Source of the DNA: Octopus sinensis
Taxonomy: Eukaryota
Assembly: GCF_006345805.1 (NCBI RefSeq)
Contig: NC_043004.1
Location: forward strand, 80,786,001 to 80,850,000
DNA: 64,000 nucleotides
Direction: 5' to 3'
Shown here: one piece after another, positions 13,518 through 28,951 of the stretch
How positions within the stretch are numbered: position 1 is the stretch's first letter
Layout: each line of letters opens with the position of its first letter
Notes under the pieces: model-generated
Database searches by the model: none
What the model was told of the DNA's origin: nothing
The model's input: only the letters and a program-made list of their open reading frames with translations
Translations under genes and position numbers: made by a program

Positions 13518-14233
13518 ATCATCATCATTCAGCATCCGCTTTCCATGATAGCATGGGTTGGACAGTTCAACAGGGGTCTGGGAAGCCAGAAGGCTGCACC
13601 AGGCCCAGTCTGATCTGGCAATGTTTCTGTGGCTGGATGCCCTTCCTAATGCCAACCACTCCGTGAGTGTAGTGGGTGCTTTTTATGTGCCACGGCACAG
13701 GTGCCAGGCGAGGCTGGCAAACGGCCATGATCGGATGGTGCTTTTTATGTGCCACCGGCATATATATATATACCTGTTGAGGCAAGTGAAAATCAAAATC
13801 AAAATAGAAATCGAAACCTCTCAACATCAATGGAAATTGTAGCTGAGATACCAGTGCCGGTGGCACGTAAGAGAACCGTCCGAACGTGGCCGTTGCCAGC
13901 CCCGCCCCGACTGGCCTCTGTGCCGGTGGCACGTAAAAAGCACCATCCGATTGTGGCCGTTGCCAGCCTCGTCTGGCCCCCATGCCGGTGGCATGTAAAA
14001 AGCACCATCCGATCGTGGCCGTTTGCCAGCCTCATCTGGCACCTGTGCAGGTGGCACATAAAAAGCACCCACTACACTCTTGGAGTGGTTGGCGTTAGGA
14101 AGGGCATCCAGCTGTAGAAACACTGCCAGATCAGACTGGGCCTGGCGCAGCCTGGCTTCCCAGACCCCAGTTGAACCGTCCAACCCATGCTAGCATGGAA
14201 AACGGACGTTAAACGATGATGATGATGATGATG
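13518..14233. mobile_element. Head-to-head SINE family A copies (minus 13518-13760, plus 13790-14233)
   Basis: Family A blocks with (CAT)n/(ATG)n tails at the outer ends; internal ~60-bp repeats in the plus copy. Confidence 0.85.
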
Positions 14234-14461
14234 ATATATATATATATACACATACACACACTTACGATGGTATGTGACTATATAAATATATATTGAGTAA
14301 TCTTCAATTTCATATAAAAGTTGTTTTTATAACAAACACAACCAATTACATATATATATATGTAGTTGTATAAATATATATAAATATATGTATAGATATC
14401 TATATTATACATATATATAAATATATGTATGTATGTATATATATATATATATATATATATC

Positions 14462-14501
<40 letters not shown>

Positions 14502-14514
14502 GGGGACGTAACAA

Positions 14515-14953
14515 ACACCATCCGATCGTGGCCGTCCGCCAGCCTCATCTGGCACCTGTGTCGGTGGCACATAAAAACACCATCCGAGCGTGGCCGTCTG
14601 CCAGCCTCGTCTGGCACCTGCAGCCTCATCTGGCACCTGTGTCGGTGGCACATAAAAACACCATCCGAGCTGGCGTCTGCCAGCCTCGTCTGGCACCTGT
14701 GTCGGTGGCACATAAAAACACCATCCGAGCGTGGCCGTTCGCCAGCCTCGTCTGGCACCTGTGGTCGGTGGCACATAAAATCACCCACTACACTCTCGGA
14801 GTGGTTGGCGTTAGGAAGGGCATCCAGCTGTAGAAACACTGCCAGATCTGACTGGCCTGTGCAGCCTTCGGGCTCCCCAGACCAGTTGAACCGTCCAACC
14901 CATGCTAGCATGGAAAACGGACGCTAAATGATGATGATGATGATGATGATGAT
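14515..14953 (+). mobile_element. SINE family A with expanded internal ~60-62 bp tandem repeat
   Basis: CACCATCCGA starts at 14516, 14578, 14659 and 14719; family A 3' end and (ATG)n tail. Confidence 0.88.
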
Positions 14954-15084
14954 ATATATATATCAAAAAGAGAGAGAGAGGCAGATACACACACATATAC
15001 AAACATAAACTTACAAAAGGTGTGGCAACGTTTTATATTGCAAATGGAAATTTAATTGAGATGTCAACAACAATAACAGCATAC

Positions 15085-15150
15085 CTGTCGTAATGTTTGC
15101 CAAAGGTAAAAAGGAAATCTATAAAAGCTTCATGGATGCTTGCATTTTGT
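15085..15150 (-). CDS. Candidate 66-nt internal exon (QNASIHEAFIDFLFTFGKHYD)
   Basis: Acceptor ggcag|, donor AG|GTATGC, symmetric phase 2, unique sequence; no homology recognised. Confidence 0.3.
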
Positions 15151-15394
15151 CTGCCAATTAATGCAGGAGAAATATTTGAAGCATTCGGTTAAATCTCATT
15201 AGGAAATATTTAGGATGTGTCACTAAGACAGACTTTATGAGGATTGGATGGTGTCAGGTAACTCGTCGTAAAGAGGTGGGATTGAACTTGCTTCAAATTT
15301 TTTGTTCTGGCATGCATGTATGTATGATCAGTGTAGTCATGTCTGCTTCACAAGTGTGAGCCTCCTTAGCCATAGGTGTAGTCATGGTGGTGCT

Positions 15395-16140
15395 TCCATT
15401 TACCATGGCTCAGTGGTTGGAGCATCGGACTCACAATCATGTGTTAGGTGGTTCAATTCCCAGAGCAGGCTGTATGTTGTGTTCTTGAGCAAAACACTTT
15501 ATTTTCATTTTGCTTCAGTCTACTCAGCCGTTGAAATGAGTTGGAGCATCACTGGTGCCAAGCTGTATCAGTCTTTACCTATTTCTTTACTGCCCACAAG
15601 GGGCTACACACAGAGGGGACAGACAAATGGATTAAGTTGATTACATCAACCCTAATGCTTAACTGGTACTTAATTTATCGACCCCGAAAGGATGAAAGGC
15701 AAAGTCGACCTCAGCGGAATTTGAACTCAGAACGTAACGGCAGACGAAATACCTATTTCTTTACTACCCACAAGAGGCTAAACACAGAGGGGACAAACAA
15801 GGACAGACAGATGGATTAAGTCGATTATATCGACCCCAGTGCATTACTGGTACTTAATTTATCGACCCCGAAAGGATGAAAGGCGAAGTCGACCTCGGCA
15901 GAATTTGAACTCAGAACGTAACGGCAGACTAAATACGGCTAAGCATTTTGCCCGGCATGCTAACGTTTCTGCTAGCTCGTGACCTTTACCTTTCACATGG
16001 ATAACAGAGAAAGCTGCTATGCATGGGCGACTGCTGGTCATCCTTAAAAAAACCTAGCTCAGACTTGTGCCTTGGTGGGTGACTTTCTAGGTGCAATTCC
16101 ATGGTCCTTTATGACTGAAGGGGGTCTTTTGTCCAGCATG
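15395..16140 (+). mobile_element. SINE family C interrupted by a minus-strand tandem family B element (~15575-15980)
   Basis: Head and tail match the uninterrupted copy at 30408-30750; CTTTACCT flanks the insert (15573-15580, 15984-15991). Confidence 0.75.
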
Positions 16141-16404
16141 CTCTTTCATGCACCTTTTGTAACAGAGTGTGTGGGTCAGTCAGTGGAATCAGTCAGCATT
16201 GTAGGCCCCACCATCCAGATGGTTGGGCTTTCACTGGTGGAGGTGGGGTGCAGACATGTGATCGTTGTAGAATGACTAATAAGTCTCTTGTAGGTCTTCA
16301 GAGCCATGTAGATGTCGTCAGCAATGGTAAGAAGAAACTTGAGATGTTTCTAAGAGTAAAAGTAATCTTGGAAGTGGTCTTACTCTATCACAAGTCAGCT
16401 TCTG

Positions 16405-16790
16405 CCATGTGGTAAGAAGCTTCTTTCCCAACCACATGGTTCCGGGTTCAGTCCCACTGCATGGTACCTTGGGCAAGTGTCTTCTACTATAGCCTCAGGC
16501 CAACCAAAGCCTTGTGAGTGGATTTGGTAGACAGAAACTGAAAGAAGCCCCTTACATGTATATATTTGTGTGTGTGTGTGTATGTTTTTGTGTCAGTATT
16601 TGTCTCCCCCACCATCGCTTGACAACCGATGTTGGTGTGTTTACATCCCTGTAACTTAGCAGTTCTGCAAAAGAGACCGATAGAATAAGTACTATGCTCA
16701 CAAAGTATAAGTCCTGGGATCAATTTGCTCAACTAAAGACAGCATAGCCACAGTCAAATGACTGAAACAAATCAAAGAATAAAAGAGTAT
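16405..16790 (+). mobile_element. SINE family D
   Basis: GGGTTCAGTCCCACTGC..CCTTGGGCAAG head and TGACTGAAACAA tail. Confidence 0.85.
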
Positions 16791-17057
16791 ATATATATAT
16801 GTGTGTGTGAGTGTGTGTAGTAATAGAATATTACTATTTGTAAATCTCAGAACGAGAGATATTCAGCTACAGTACTATGGAGTAAAGATTGTTTGCCAAC
16901 ATAACATGGTAGTCCTGGTTTAGGACGAAAGTTGCTGTAATTTAGTGCCAGGAGACATCGCCTCCAGCTGGCTATACGACACGATCTATGTCCTTATATT
17001 TTCGAACAAGAGAATCTAGCACCCTCACTCAGCTCAAAACAATATCTGTGCATCGCA

Positions 17058-17335
<278 letters not shown>

Positions 17336-17623
17336 ATACCTATATTTGTCTTTGCTGAAACTTCCCGTTGCATTTAATAGCAATGATCACTTGGTACATT
17401 TCGGTAACTTCCACCAGTTTGTACTTCCTTGACTCCCTTTTATTTCGTTTTCTAAGGGAAAAATATCTCATTATTTCACCAGATTTTATGTTTGATTTTA
17501 CCAAAGTGTTTAAAAGAGTTAATATGGCTGCTTCCTATTAACAATGGTGAAACTCAGAATAATTAGTTTACAAGAAAAAAAATCTTTTGTTGTGTTTCAT
17601 ATATATATATACACACACACATA

Positions 17624-17659
<36 letters not shown>

Positions 17660-17683
17660 TGCATGTATGTATATGTATATGTA

Positions 17684-17723
<40 letters not shown>

Positions 17724-17791
17724 TATTACAAACATATATGTATATATCAACCCATGCTAGCATGGAAAGTGGACGTTAAACGATGATGATG

Positions 17792-17825
<34 letters not shown>

Positions 17826-17946
17826 ATACAGACATATATATCTATATATATATATTTATATATACATATATATATATGTATATGTATATATATACTTATA
17901 TATATATATATTACACATACACACATACACACACACATATATACAC

Positions 17947-18018
<72 letters not shown>

Positions 18019-18197
18019 ATATACATATATATTATATATGTCATTTACAAACAGTTTAACTCGGCTCCATGCAGCTTTGTTTCCTAGGCTCATAGAAGAA
18101 CAGACATATCTCATGAAGCATTTGGTGATAATATATATATATATATATACATGTGGGTGTATAGATGAGTGTGTGTGCACATGCGCATATATATATA

Positions 18198-18487
18198 TCA
18201 TCATCATCATCATCGTTTAGCGTCCGTTTTCCATGCTAGCATGGGTTGGACGGTTCTACTGGGGTCTGTGAAGCCAGAAGGCTTCATCAGGCCCAGTCAA
18301 ATCTGGCAGTGTTTCTACGGCTGGATGCCCTTCCTAACGCCAACCACTCCGTGAGTGTAGTGGGTGCTTTTTACGTGCCACCCGCACTGGTGCCAGACAG
18401 AGCTGGCAAACGGCCACGAACGGATGGAGCTTTTTATGTGCCACCGGCACGAGGGCCAGGCGAGGCTGGCAATGGACACGAAACGGG
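18198..18487 (-). mobile_element. SINE family A
   Basis: (CAT)n followed by family A consensus. Confidence 0.85.
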
Positions 18488-18649
18488 GCGGTATATATAT
18501 ATATATGTATATATGCCTGGTAATATAAGTATGTGTGTAGTTGCAATCAATTGTCAGTTTCTTAAAGATGGCTTCATTTAATTTCCAATTCAGTGTCGCT
18601 CTTCATACTGAAATATATCTGCAGGTGACTTTGCTAGAAGTGTTTGTAA

Positions 18650-18702
18650 TTCACATCATCATCATCATTACCATCATCACCATCATCATCATCATCATTA
18701 CT

Positions 18703-18757
<55 letters not shown>

Positions 18758-19045
18758 CCACCACCATCATCATCACCACCATCATCATCCTCATCATTAT
18801 CATCATCAACCCCATCAACACAGTCATCATCATCATCATCACCAGTGCCACCACTGCTTCCTTCATCATCATCATCATCATCATCATCTTTTGTCACTGC
18901 TATCATTATCATCGCCATCACCATCGTCATCATCATCCTCATCATCTTTCGCCAGTGCCACAACCACCTTCATCATCATCCTCATCATCATCATCACCAT
19001 CACCATCATCATCATCATCATCCTCATCATCTTCATCATCACTAC
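18650..19045. repeat. (CAT)n/(CAC)n trinucleotide microsatellite
   Basis: Directly visible; yields poly-I/H/S/D/M ORFs. Confidence 0.95.
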
Positions 19046-19345
19046 TGCCCCACCTCTGCATACCAACATAACCCATTTGTTTTCAAGAAGCACAGCGTCC
19101 CTATACATTTATGCCAAACAGCCCACATCACTAACCCTGTTTACTCATATCCTTATGTATGTGCGTTTGCATAAAGCCCCAAAAGTCCCTTCTTTATTCT
19201 GTTGGCCCCAACATTGATATAAACTGACACCAAATATGCTTGCAGAAAACCATGTCCCTTTCCATTAAGGAAGCTAATGTATATATGTGTTGTTCACAGT
19301 TGCCAACAAATATCATGGGACGGGTAAGAACTATTTCAGCTTCTA

Positions 19346-20633
19346 CGAGAGACGTTCAATAAGTAATGCCTCTGACCCACTTGCCGTTGTTTGTTCTAGC
19401 TAAAATTTTGCATGTGCAATCATTTATATCTCTATAAATTACGTGGCAAATTACAGCTCTGAATTAATCGTGGTTTTTGATTTACAGGTGTTTGAACCGA
19501 GTCAAGTGTGAAATGGAGCCTTTTGAGTGTCGAGCAGTGATCCGGTTTTTGTATTTGAAAGGACGCACACCACGGGAGACTTTTGATGAAATGAAAGTAA
19601 CTTATGGTGATGATGCCCCATCATATGACCTTGTGAAACGCTGGCATCGTGAATTCAAACATGGTCGGAACTCTGTGGAAACAGCTCCCAGATCTGGTCG
19701 CCCCTTCTGCCATTGATGAGACATCTGTCCGTCAAGTTGAGGCTGCCATTTTGGAAGATCGACGCATAATTATTCGCCAAATAGCCCATGAGGTCAAGAT
19801 TAGTACCGGGTCTGTGGAAACTATCATTCATGACCATTTGCATATGCAAAAGGTGTCTGCCAGATGGATTCCCAGGTTGCTCACGCCTTTCCAGAAGCAA
19901 GAACGCGTCAAGTGCTCGAGGGTGAATTTGGAGATGTGCCAAGAAGATGAGTCAAAATTTTTCAAAAGACTGATCACACAGGATGAAACCTGGGTCCATC
20001 ACGATGATCCAGAGACCAAAGCCCAGTCAATGCAGTGGAAGCACCGTGACTCACCCCCTCTAAAGAAGGCAAGGGTGCAGCCCTCCGCTTGCAAGGTCAT
20101 GCTCACAGTCTTCTGGGACCAGGACGGAGTAGTGATGACAGATTTCTTGGCAAAGGGTACCACAATTGCAGGAGCCTATTATGCTTCACTTTTGAGGAAA
20201 TTAAGAGAAGTTATCAAAATCAAGAGGCGGGGCAAGATCAGCAAAGGCATCCTCCTCCTGCAGGACAACGCTCGGTCCACAACTCGCTTGTCGCCAGATC
20301 AGAAGCACAGGCGTATGGCTATGAACTCCTCCCCCTCCCCCCTACTTCCTGACCTTGCACCCTCTGATTTTCACCTCTTCCCAGTCATGAAGTTGTTTTT
20401 GAAAGGAAAGCGTTTCCCAGATGATGCAGCCTTGATTTCTGAAGTCACGTTCAGGTTGGAGGACCAAGCTGGGGTCTTCTACAAAAACGGTCTCCAGAGC
20501 TGCATCAAACAATGGGAGAAATGCGTAACTCTGGGTGGTTCCTATGTAGAAAAAGACTAATAACTGTGCCAAGTTTCGTTGCTCTACTGCTATGGGAAGT
20601 GGGTCAGGGGCATTACTTATTGAACGCCCCTCG
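19346..20633 (+). mobile_element. Full-length mariner DNA transposon (1288 bp)
   Basis: 37-bp TIRs (CGAGAGACGTTCAATAAGTAATGCCTCTGACCCACTT; 34/37 match to the right end); TA at 19344-19345 and 20634-20635. Confidence 0.96.
19513..20560 (+). pseudogene. Mariner DD34D transposase, frameshifted
   Basis: HTH N-terminus, RSGRP, WIPRLL, QDETW, QDNA, (YS)PDLAPSDFHLF; frameshifts near 19705, 20270 and 20340; restored D-to-D spacing is 34. Confidence 0.93.
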
Positions 20634-20789
20634 TACATCACCCTGATTTGTAGCCATGAAAATGAGCTGCCAATATTGCTGTATGTGATACCAAGAGATT
20701 GAGCAATCTTTCAGCTACCAGCGTAAAGTAAGTTTTTAGCACAGCAACTCTATTTTACTACAAAATCTGACACCAAAACGAGGTTGAGT

Positions 20790-21200
20790 CGCACAATTTT
20801 GAGGTCATTTGGGTGGGGGATTAATTTTGAGGTATTTCTTTTTGGTCTAAGCTACCATTGTACATGTTTTTGGTGTCAGCAATTTCAGCATTGCACATCA
20901 GAAAAGGAACATGTCTATAAGGAAGAGTCGTTTGCTTCATACTCCTCGTGTGCCCATAAGAAAGGAACAAATAATACAATGTTGCTGTAGCTGTTGCCCC
21001 ATCTTGCTGGAACCACATATCGGCCCAATTTGGAACGGCCAGGCACAAAAGATTCTCGATCATGGACCTGTACTGTTCACCAGTCACAGTGACCGCATTC
21101 CCATCATCGTCCTCAAAGGAATAAGGTCCGATTCTCTCAACCACCGTAATTGCACACCACAATGTTCACTTTATGGCATGCAATTCTTTTTGGTGCTCTC
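20790..21200 (-). pseudogene. Tc1/mariner-superfamily transposase fragment (probably the rosa/DD41D-like group)
   Basis: WCAI...IGPYSFEDDDGNAVTVTGEQYRSMI...MWFQQDGATA; subgroup assignment is from recalled motifs. Confidence 0.7.
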
Positions 21201-21579
21201 TGAGTTTGAATTATTCAACCCTGCGGGTGCGTTATGCGGCGCAATATTTTTCCATAATTAATTTCCAGGACCTGGTCCATAAAATCCCTGAAAAATAGTC
21301 AGAAAATAAAGAACTATCAAAGATTGCAACCTCTCAATGACTTTTGGACAGTTTCTGTTTTCCAAATTCACTTACAAAGATTTAATCGGCCCAGGGTTAT
21401 AGAAGAAGACAGGAGGGGACTGGATGTGAAACCCTATTGTTTCGAAGCAAGATTCTTAACCACAAAGCCCCACCAACACCGCACCACACACACACACACA
21501 CACACACAAACATACAGTTTGCACAGTCCGTCTGTCTGTTTGTCTCTCTTTCTCTCACCCTTTCTCTCTCTCTCTCCCT

Positions 21580-23490
<1,911 letters not shown>

Positions 23491-23495
23491 CTATA

Positions 23496-23603
<108 letters not shown>

Positions 23604-23733
23604 GTAGTATGTGAATCGCAGGGTTATGTCGTATATGGAGCCTCCACTTGTAGAAAATGGAAATCAAAAATAATGGTGGTTGAGACCATAGCGGATCTAT
23701 TTTTAGCGCAAGAGCAACCACATAGTGGACATA

Positions 23734-23829
<96 letters not shown>

Positions 23830-24200
23830 TGGGACCCCGTCGGTTATAACGCCGACGAGTGTTCCAGTTGATCCAGTCAACGAAACAGCTTGCTCGTGAA
23901 ATTAACGTGCATGTGGTTGAGCACTCCACAGACACATGTATCCTTAACGTAGTTATCGGGGAGATTCAGCGTGACACAGAGTTTGACAAGGCTGGCCCCT
24001 TGAAATACAGGTTCAACAGATACAGGAAGAAAAAGTGAGAGAAAGTTGTGGTGTAAGAGTAAAGCAGGGTTCGCCACAACTCCCTGCCGGGGCCTCGTGG
24101 AGCTTTAGGTGTTTTCGTTCAATAAACTCGCACAACACCCGGTCTGGGAATCGAAACCGCGATCCTATGACCGCGAGTACGCTACTCTAACCACTGGGGC
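23830..24200 (-). mobile_element. SINE family C/E
   Basis: Reverse of the family C tail (CGACGAGTGTTCCAGTTGATC...GCTGGCCCCTTGAAATACAGG) plus a reverse tRNA-like head. Confidence 0.8.
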
Positions 24201-24460
24201 CCAGTATATATATATATATATATATATATATTAGCAGCTGACAAACGGTCTCGTTCTCAGCTTGAAAAATGGTGAAATAAATTAATGTTTCAAACAAGAA
24301 ACCCTGGGTAGCAGTATTTAACATGACTTATGGTTATTGTTATAACATTATTTTTGCTCTCTTAGATGATCGAGTGTTATTCTCCTTGTTGAAACCTTTG
24401 ATATATATATACACACATACATACATATGTATACATACATATATACATATATACATATGT

Positions 24461-24519
<59 letters not shown>

Positions 24520-24523
24520 ATAT

Positions 24524-24557
<34 letters not shown>

Positions 24558-24664
24558 CATACATGTATGAATATACATATATATACACATATATGCGTAT
24601 ATATATATATATATATGTATATATATGTATATATATGTATATATATATTTATATGAATATATAT

Positions 24665-24706
<42 letters not shown>

Positions 24707-25489
24707 TATATGTATGGGTAGATAGGTAGGTTGATAGATATACGTATATGCATATATATATATATACATATATACGCATGCCTATATTAGAATATGCATA
24801 TACACACAGACAGAGATGGAAAAACACACACACACACACGCACACTTAAAGTAGACACTAACACATATATACACACTCCACTCACACACTCTACAAATAT
24901 GCATAATAGCAACAAAAATTCCCCAATTTATTTTGTTAATAAATATATTTGTTAGTTTATATTTATTCTTTGCGTTAAGCATTTTAAAACTGAGTGTGGG
25001 TTTTACCAAAAATATTTTTAAAAAAAGGTCTTTAGATGTCAAGCATTTGTGAATTACTGCTAAAAATGAAAAATTACGCGAAGAATTTGACCAAGGATTC
25101 CACCTAACCAATAATGTGAATTATTGAATTTATATTTGTGTTTTTGTGTTTTTGATGAGTCACATAATGCAACAAGTGAAACCCCGTGTAGCAGATATGG
25201 TATATTATATATCATTTTAAATGAGGAAAGCCTGTCAAAACATGGTTTTTTACCCATCATTGCTCTCACTGGTTTCGCTGCCTTCATTGAATATGAAATA
25301 TAGGCCTTTATTGCATATGAGTGTATGTGTGTGAGTGTGCATGTGTGTGTGCGCGTGTGTGTGTGTGTGTTATACATGTGTTTATAGAAATTTACGTATA
25401 AGCATGTACATATACATGCTTATGTATGCGTTTATGTGTATATATATATATATGTGTGTGTGTGTGGTGTGTGTGTGTGTGTGTGTGTG

Positions 25490-25874
25490 TAGGAGTGGCT
25501 GTGTGGTAAGTAGCTTGCTTACCAACCACATAGTTCTGGGTTCAGTCCCACTGCGTGACACCTTGGGCAAGTGTCTTCTACTATAGCCTCGGGCCGACCA
25601 AAGCCTTGTGAGTGGATTTGGTAGACGGAAACTGAAAGAAGCCCGTCGTATATATGTATATATATGTATATATATGTGTGTGTGTATGTATATGTTTGTG
25701 CGTCTGTGTTTGTACCCCCAGCATCGCTTGACAACCGATGCTGGTGTGTTTGCGTCCCCGTAACTTAGCGGTTCGGCAAAAGAGTAAGTCCTGGGGTCAA
25801 TTTGCTCGACTAAAGGCAGTGCTCCAGCATGGCCGCAGTCAAAATGACTGAAACAAGTAAAAGAGTAAAAGAGC

Positions 25875-25875
<1 letters not shown>
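25490..25875 (+). mobile_element. SINE family D, near complete
   Basis: Head, internal (TA)/(TG) tract and tail all present. Confidence 0.9.
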
Positions 25876-25907
<32 letters not shown>

Positions 25908-26533
25908 TATATATTGTCATCATCGTCGTCATCGCTTAATGTCCGCCTTCCATGCTAGCATAGGAAGGACGGTTTGACAAGAGCTGGCCACGCTGGAGCC
26001 TACACCAGGCTTCTGTGTCTGTTTTGGCAGGATTTTGTGGCTGGATCCCATTCCTAATACCGAAAGCAAGACATACGTGTGTGTGTGTATGTGCATGTGT
26101 GTGTGCGCGCGCGCGTGTAGGGTTTTTGAAATGGTGTACAGGTATTATATATTGAGAAAAAGGAGTTAGACAGAATTCCGGATAATTCTTTCTTAGCGCT
26201 TTCGTTCGTTTATCGAACTCATGAACACCCGATCCAAATGGCCTTTTTTTGATTTTGTCAAATGACTGAAACAAGTAAAAGAATAAAAGAATAGAAATAA
26301 CAAAAGCTTCCTTCTCGAGCCATGCAAGGCTCATAAGGGGACTGTTTCCCGGTTTCCATGACGTATATCTTGCCCCACCTGGATGGCATGCCAGTCCCTC
26401 ACAGGATAACTCATTTTTGCCAGCTGAATGGACAGGAGCAACGTGAAATGAAGTGTCTTGCTCCAGAACACAACGCGTCGCCAGGACGGGCATTTCGCCC
26501 GGCGTGCTAACGATTCTGCCAGCTCGACACCTT

Positions 26534-26588
<55 letters not shown>

Positions 26589-26839
26589 TTCAGAAGAAGA
26601 AGAAGAAGAAGAATGATAATCCTTTCTATAACAGGCACAAGGGCAGTCATTTTGAGGGAGGGGACTAGTCGATTGCATCGACCCCAGTGTATTACTGGTA
26701 CTTATTTCATTGACGTTGAAAGGATGAACGGCAAAGTTTATGTTCTGAATTCGAACGCAGAACATAAAAGACGGACGAAACGCCAGCAAGCATTTCGTCT
26801 GGCGGGGTAAGAATTCTGCCAGCTTGCTGCCTTAATAAT

Positions 26840-26930
26840 GATAAAAATGAAGACGACAATGACGATGATGATGATGATGATGATCATGAGGGTGGTTATG
26901 GTGGTGGTGGTGGTGGTGGTGATGATGGTT

Positions 26931-26969
<39 letters not shown>

Positions 26970-27074
26970 ATGATGGTGATGATGATGGTTATGGTGATGA
27001 TGATGATGATGATGATGGTGGTGGTGATGATGATGGTTATGGTGATGATGATGATGATGATGATGATGATGGTT

Positions 27075-27110
<36 letters not shown>

Positions 27111-27160
27111 GTGATTGTGATGATGATGATGATGAGGAGGAGGAGGAGGAGGACGAGGAT
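26840..27160. repeat. (GAT)n/(GGT)n microsatellite
   Basis: Directly visible. Confidence 0.95.
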
Positions 27161-27758
27161 AACAAGTTGCGACTTGTGTACTTACATACAAGTTACTTAT
27201 TGGCTTCCGTTTGATGCGTTAGCATTTACGATAACAATTACCAGCAAGACTGTGGATGGTACGTACAAAACTCTGAGTTTTAGTTTCCTGTAATTATGAC
27301 AAAAATAACTAATTTGATAACGATATTCATGATGTTAACAAACTTCCAGTTTGTTACTAACACAACCAAATGACAAGAAATTTTAGGTGTTTTTTATTTA
27401 TTTATTTACTTATATTTTATTTTATTTATTTTCCTCACAGTTTTCTGGGAGAAAAACAGATAAAAACACAGAGCTACATTTTCTCTCTTTCTGTTTAATC
27501 ATTAAGCAGTAATTTTAAATTATGCTTAATTGTGTTCTTGTTTCTAGTTTTATAAAACTAACACAGAGAGAAAAAAAACTGGATATTTTTTTTCTAAAAA
27601 AAAAAAAAGTTAATTTATTGATTTTTTTCAATGGGAACCAAATATCTAATTTTATATCAGTTGCTCAGCACATTTAAACAAAAAGAAAACAACTTAACGA
27701 GGAAGCTGGCAAATAACTTTAATTATGAAGTATATTTATGCCATTTGTTTTATTATTT

Positions 27759-27789
<31 letters not shown>

Positions 27790-28162
27790 AAAAGGCGGCG
27801 AGCTGGCAGAAACGTTAGCACGCCGGGCTAAGCGGTATTTCGTCTGCCGTTATGTTCTGGGTTCAAATTCCGCCGAGGTCGACTTTGCCTTTCATCCTTT
27901 CGATAAAATAAGTACCAGTTATGCACTGGGGTCGATGTAAACGACTTACTTCATTTGTTTGTCCTCTGTGTTTAGCCCCTTGTCTGTCTTTACATTCTAT
28001 TTTGTCTGTCTTTACATTCTAAGTTCAAATTCCGCCGTGGTCGACTTTGCTATTCATTCTTTCGGGGTCGATAAATTAAGAACCAGTAAAACACTGGGAT
28101 CGATGTTATCGACTGATCCCCTTCTCCAAAATGGCTGCCCTAGTATGGCAAAATTTGAAATC

Positions 28163-28170
<8 letters not shown>
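27790..28170 (+). mobile_element. SINE family B with duplicated core
   Basis: AAGGCGGCGAGCTGGCAGAAACGTTAGCACGCCGGGC head; core occurs twice. Confidence 0.88.
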
Positions 28171-28200
<30 letters not shown>

Positions 28201-28918
28201 CATTGTTATCATTATTATTGTTGTTATTATTATCATTGTTATTATATGTATTTGTTTGTGTGTCTGTGTTTGTCCCCCCCACCCCACCATCGTTTGACAA
28301 CCGATGTTGGTGTGTTTACGTCCCTGTAACTTAGCGGTTCGGCAAAAGGGACTAATAGAATAAATGCTAGACTTACAAAGAATTCGTCGATTTGTCCAAC
28401 TAAAGGTGATGCTCCAGCATGGCTGCAGTCAAATAACTGAAACAAATAAAGAAATGAAAGAATAAAAGAAGATTATTATTATTATTATTATTATTGAGTG
28501 AGAGAGCAGTTCATGCCATCAAAGTGACACTGGGATAAAATATACGAAGCCCAATATACCCATCATGACTACCCGTCTGATAAGGGTACACCTATTATTA
28601 TTATTATATTATTATTATTATTATCATTACTATTATCATTATTATTATTATTATTATTATTATTCTGAGTTCAAATTCTGTTGATGTCAACTTTGCCTTT
28701 CAACCTCTCTGGGTTGATAAAATAAAGTACCAACCAGGTATTGTGTGGCTGTGTGGTTAAGAAGTTCACTTCTCAACCACATAGTTACAGGTTCAGTCCC
28801 ACTGTGTGTCTCCTTTGGGGCAAGTGTCTTCTACAATAGCCTTAGGCCAACGAAAGCCTTTTGTGTATAACTCGTAAGCTGAAACAGTACAAAAACATGT
28901 TGCGTGTATGCATGTGAA

Positions 28919-28951
<33 letters not shown>

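Noticed and set aside
14515-14790. CRISPR-like regular repeats
   Set aside because: Head-to-tail units without unique spacers, inside a SINE, in eukaryotic DNA with no cas genes.
16895-16940. GTCC..GGAC-GAAA hammerhead-like stem
   Set aside because: The upstream core reads CAUGGUA, not CUGANGA, and stems I and III do not form.
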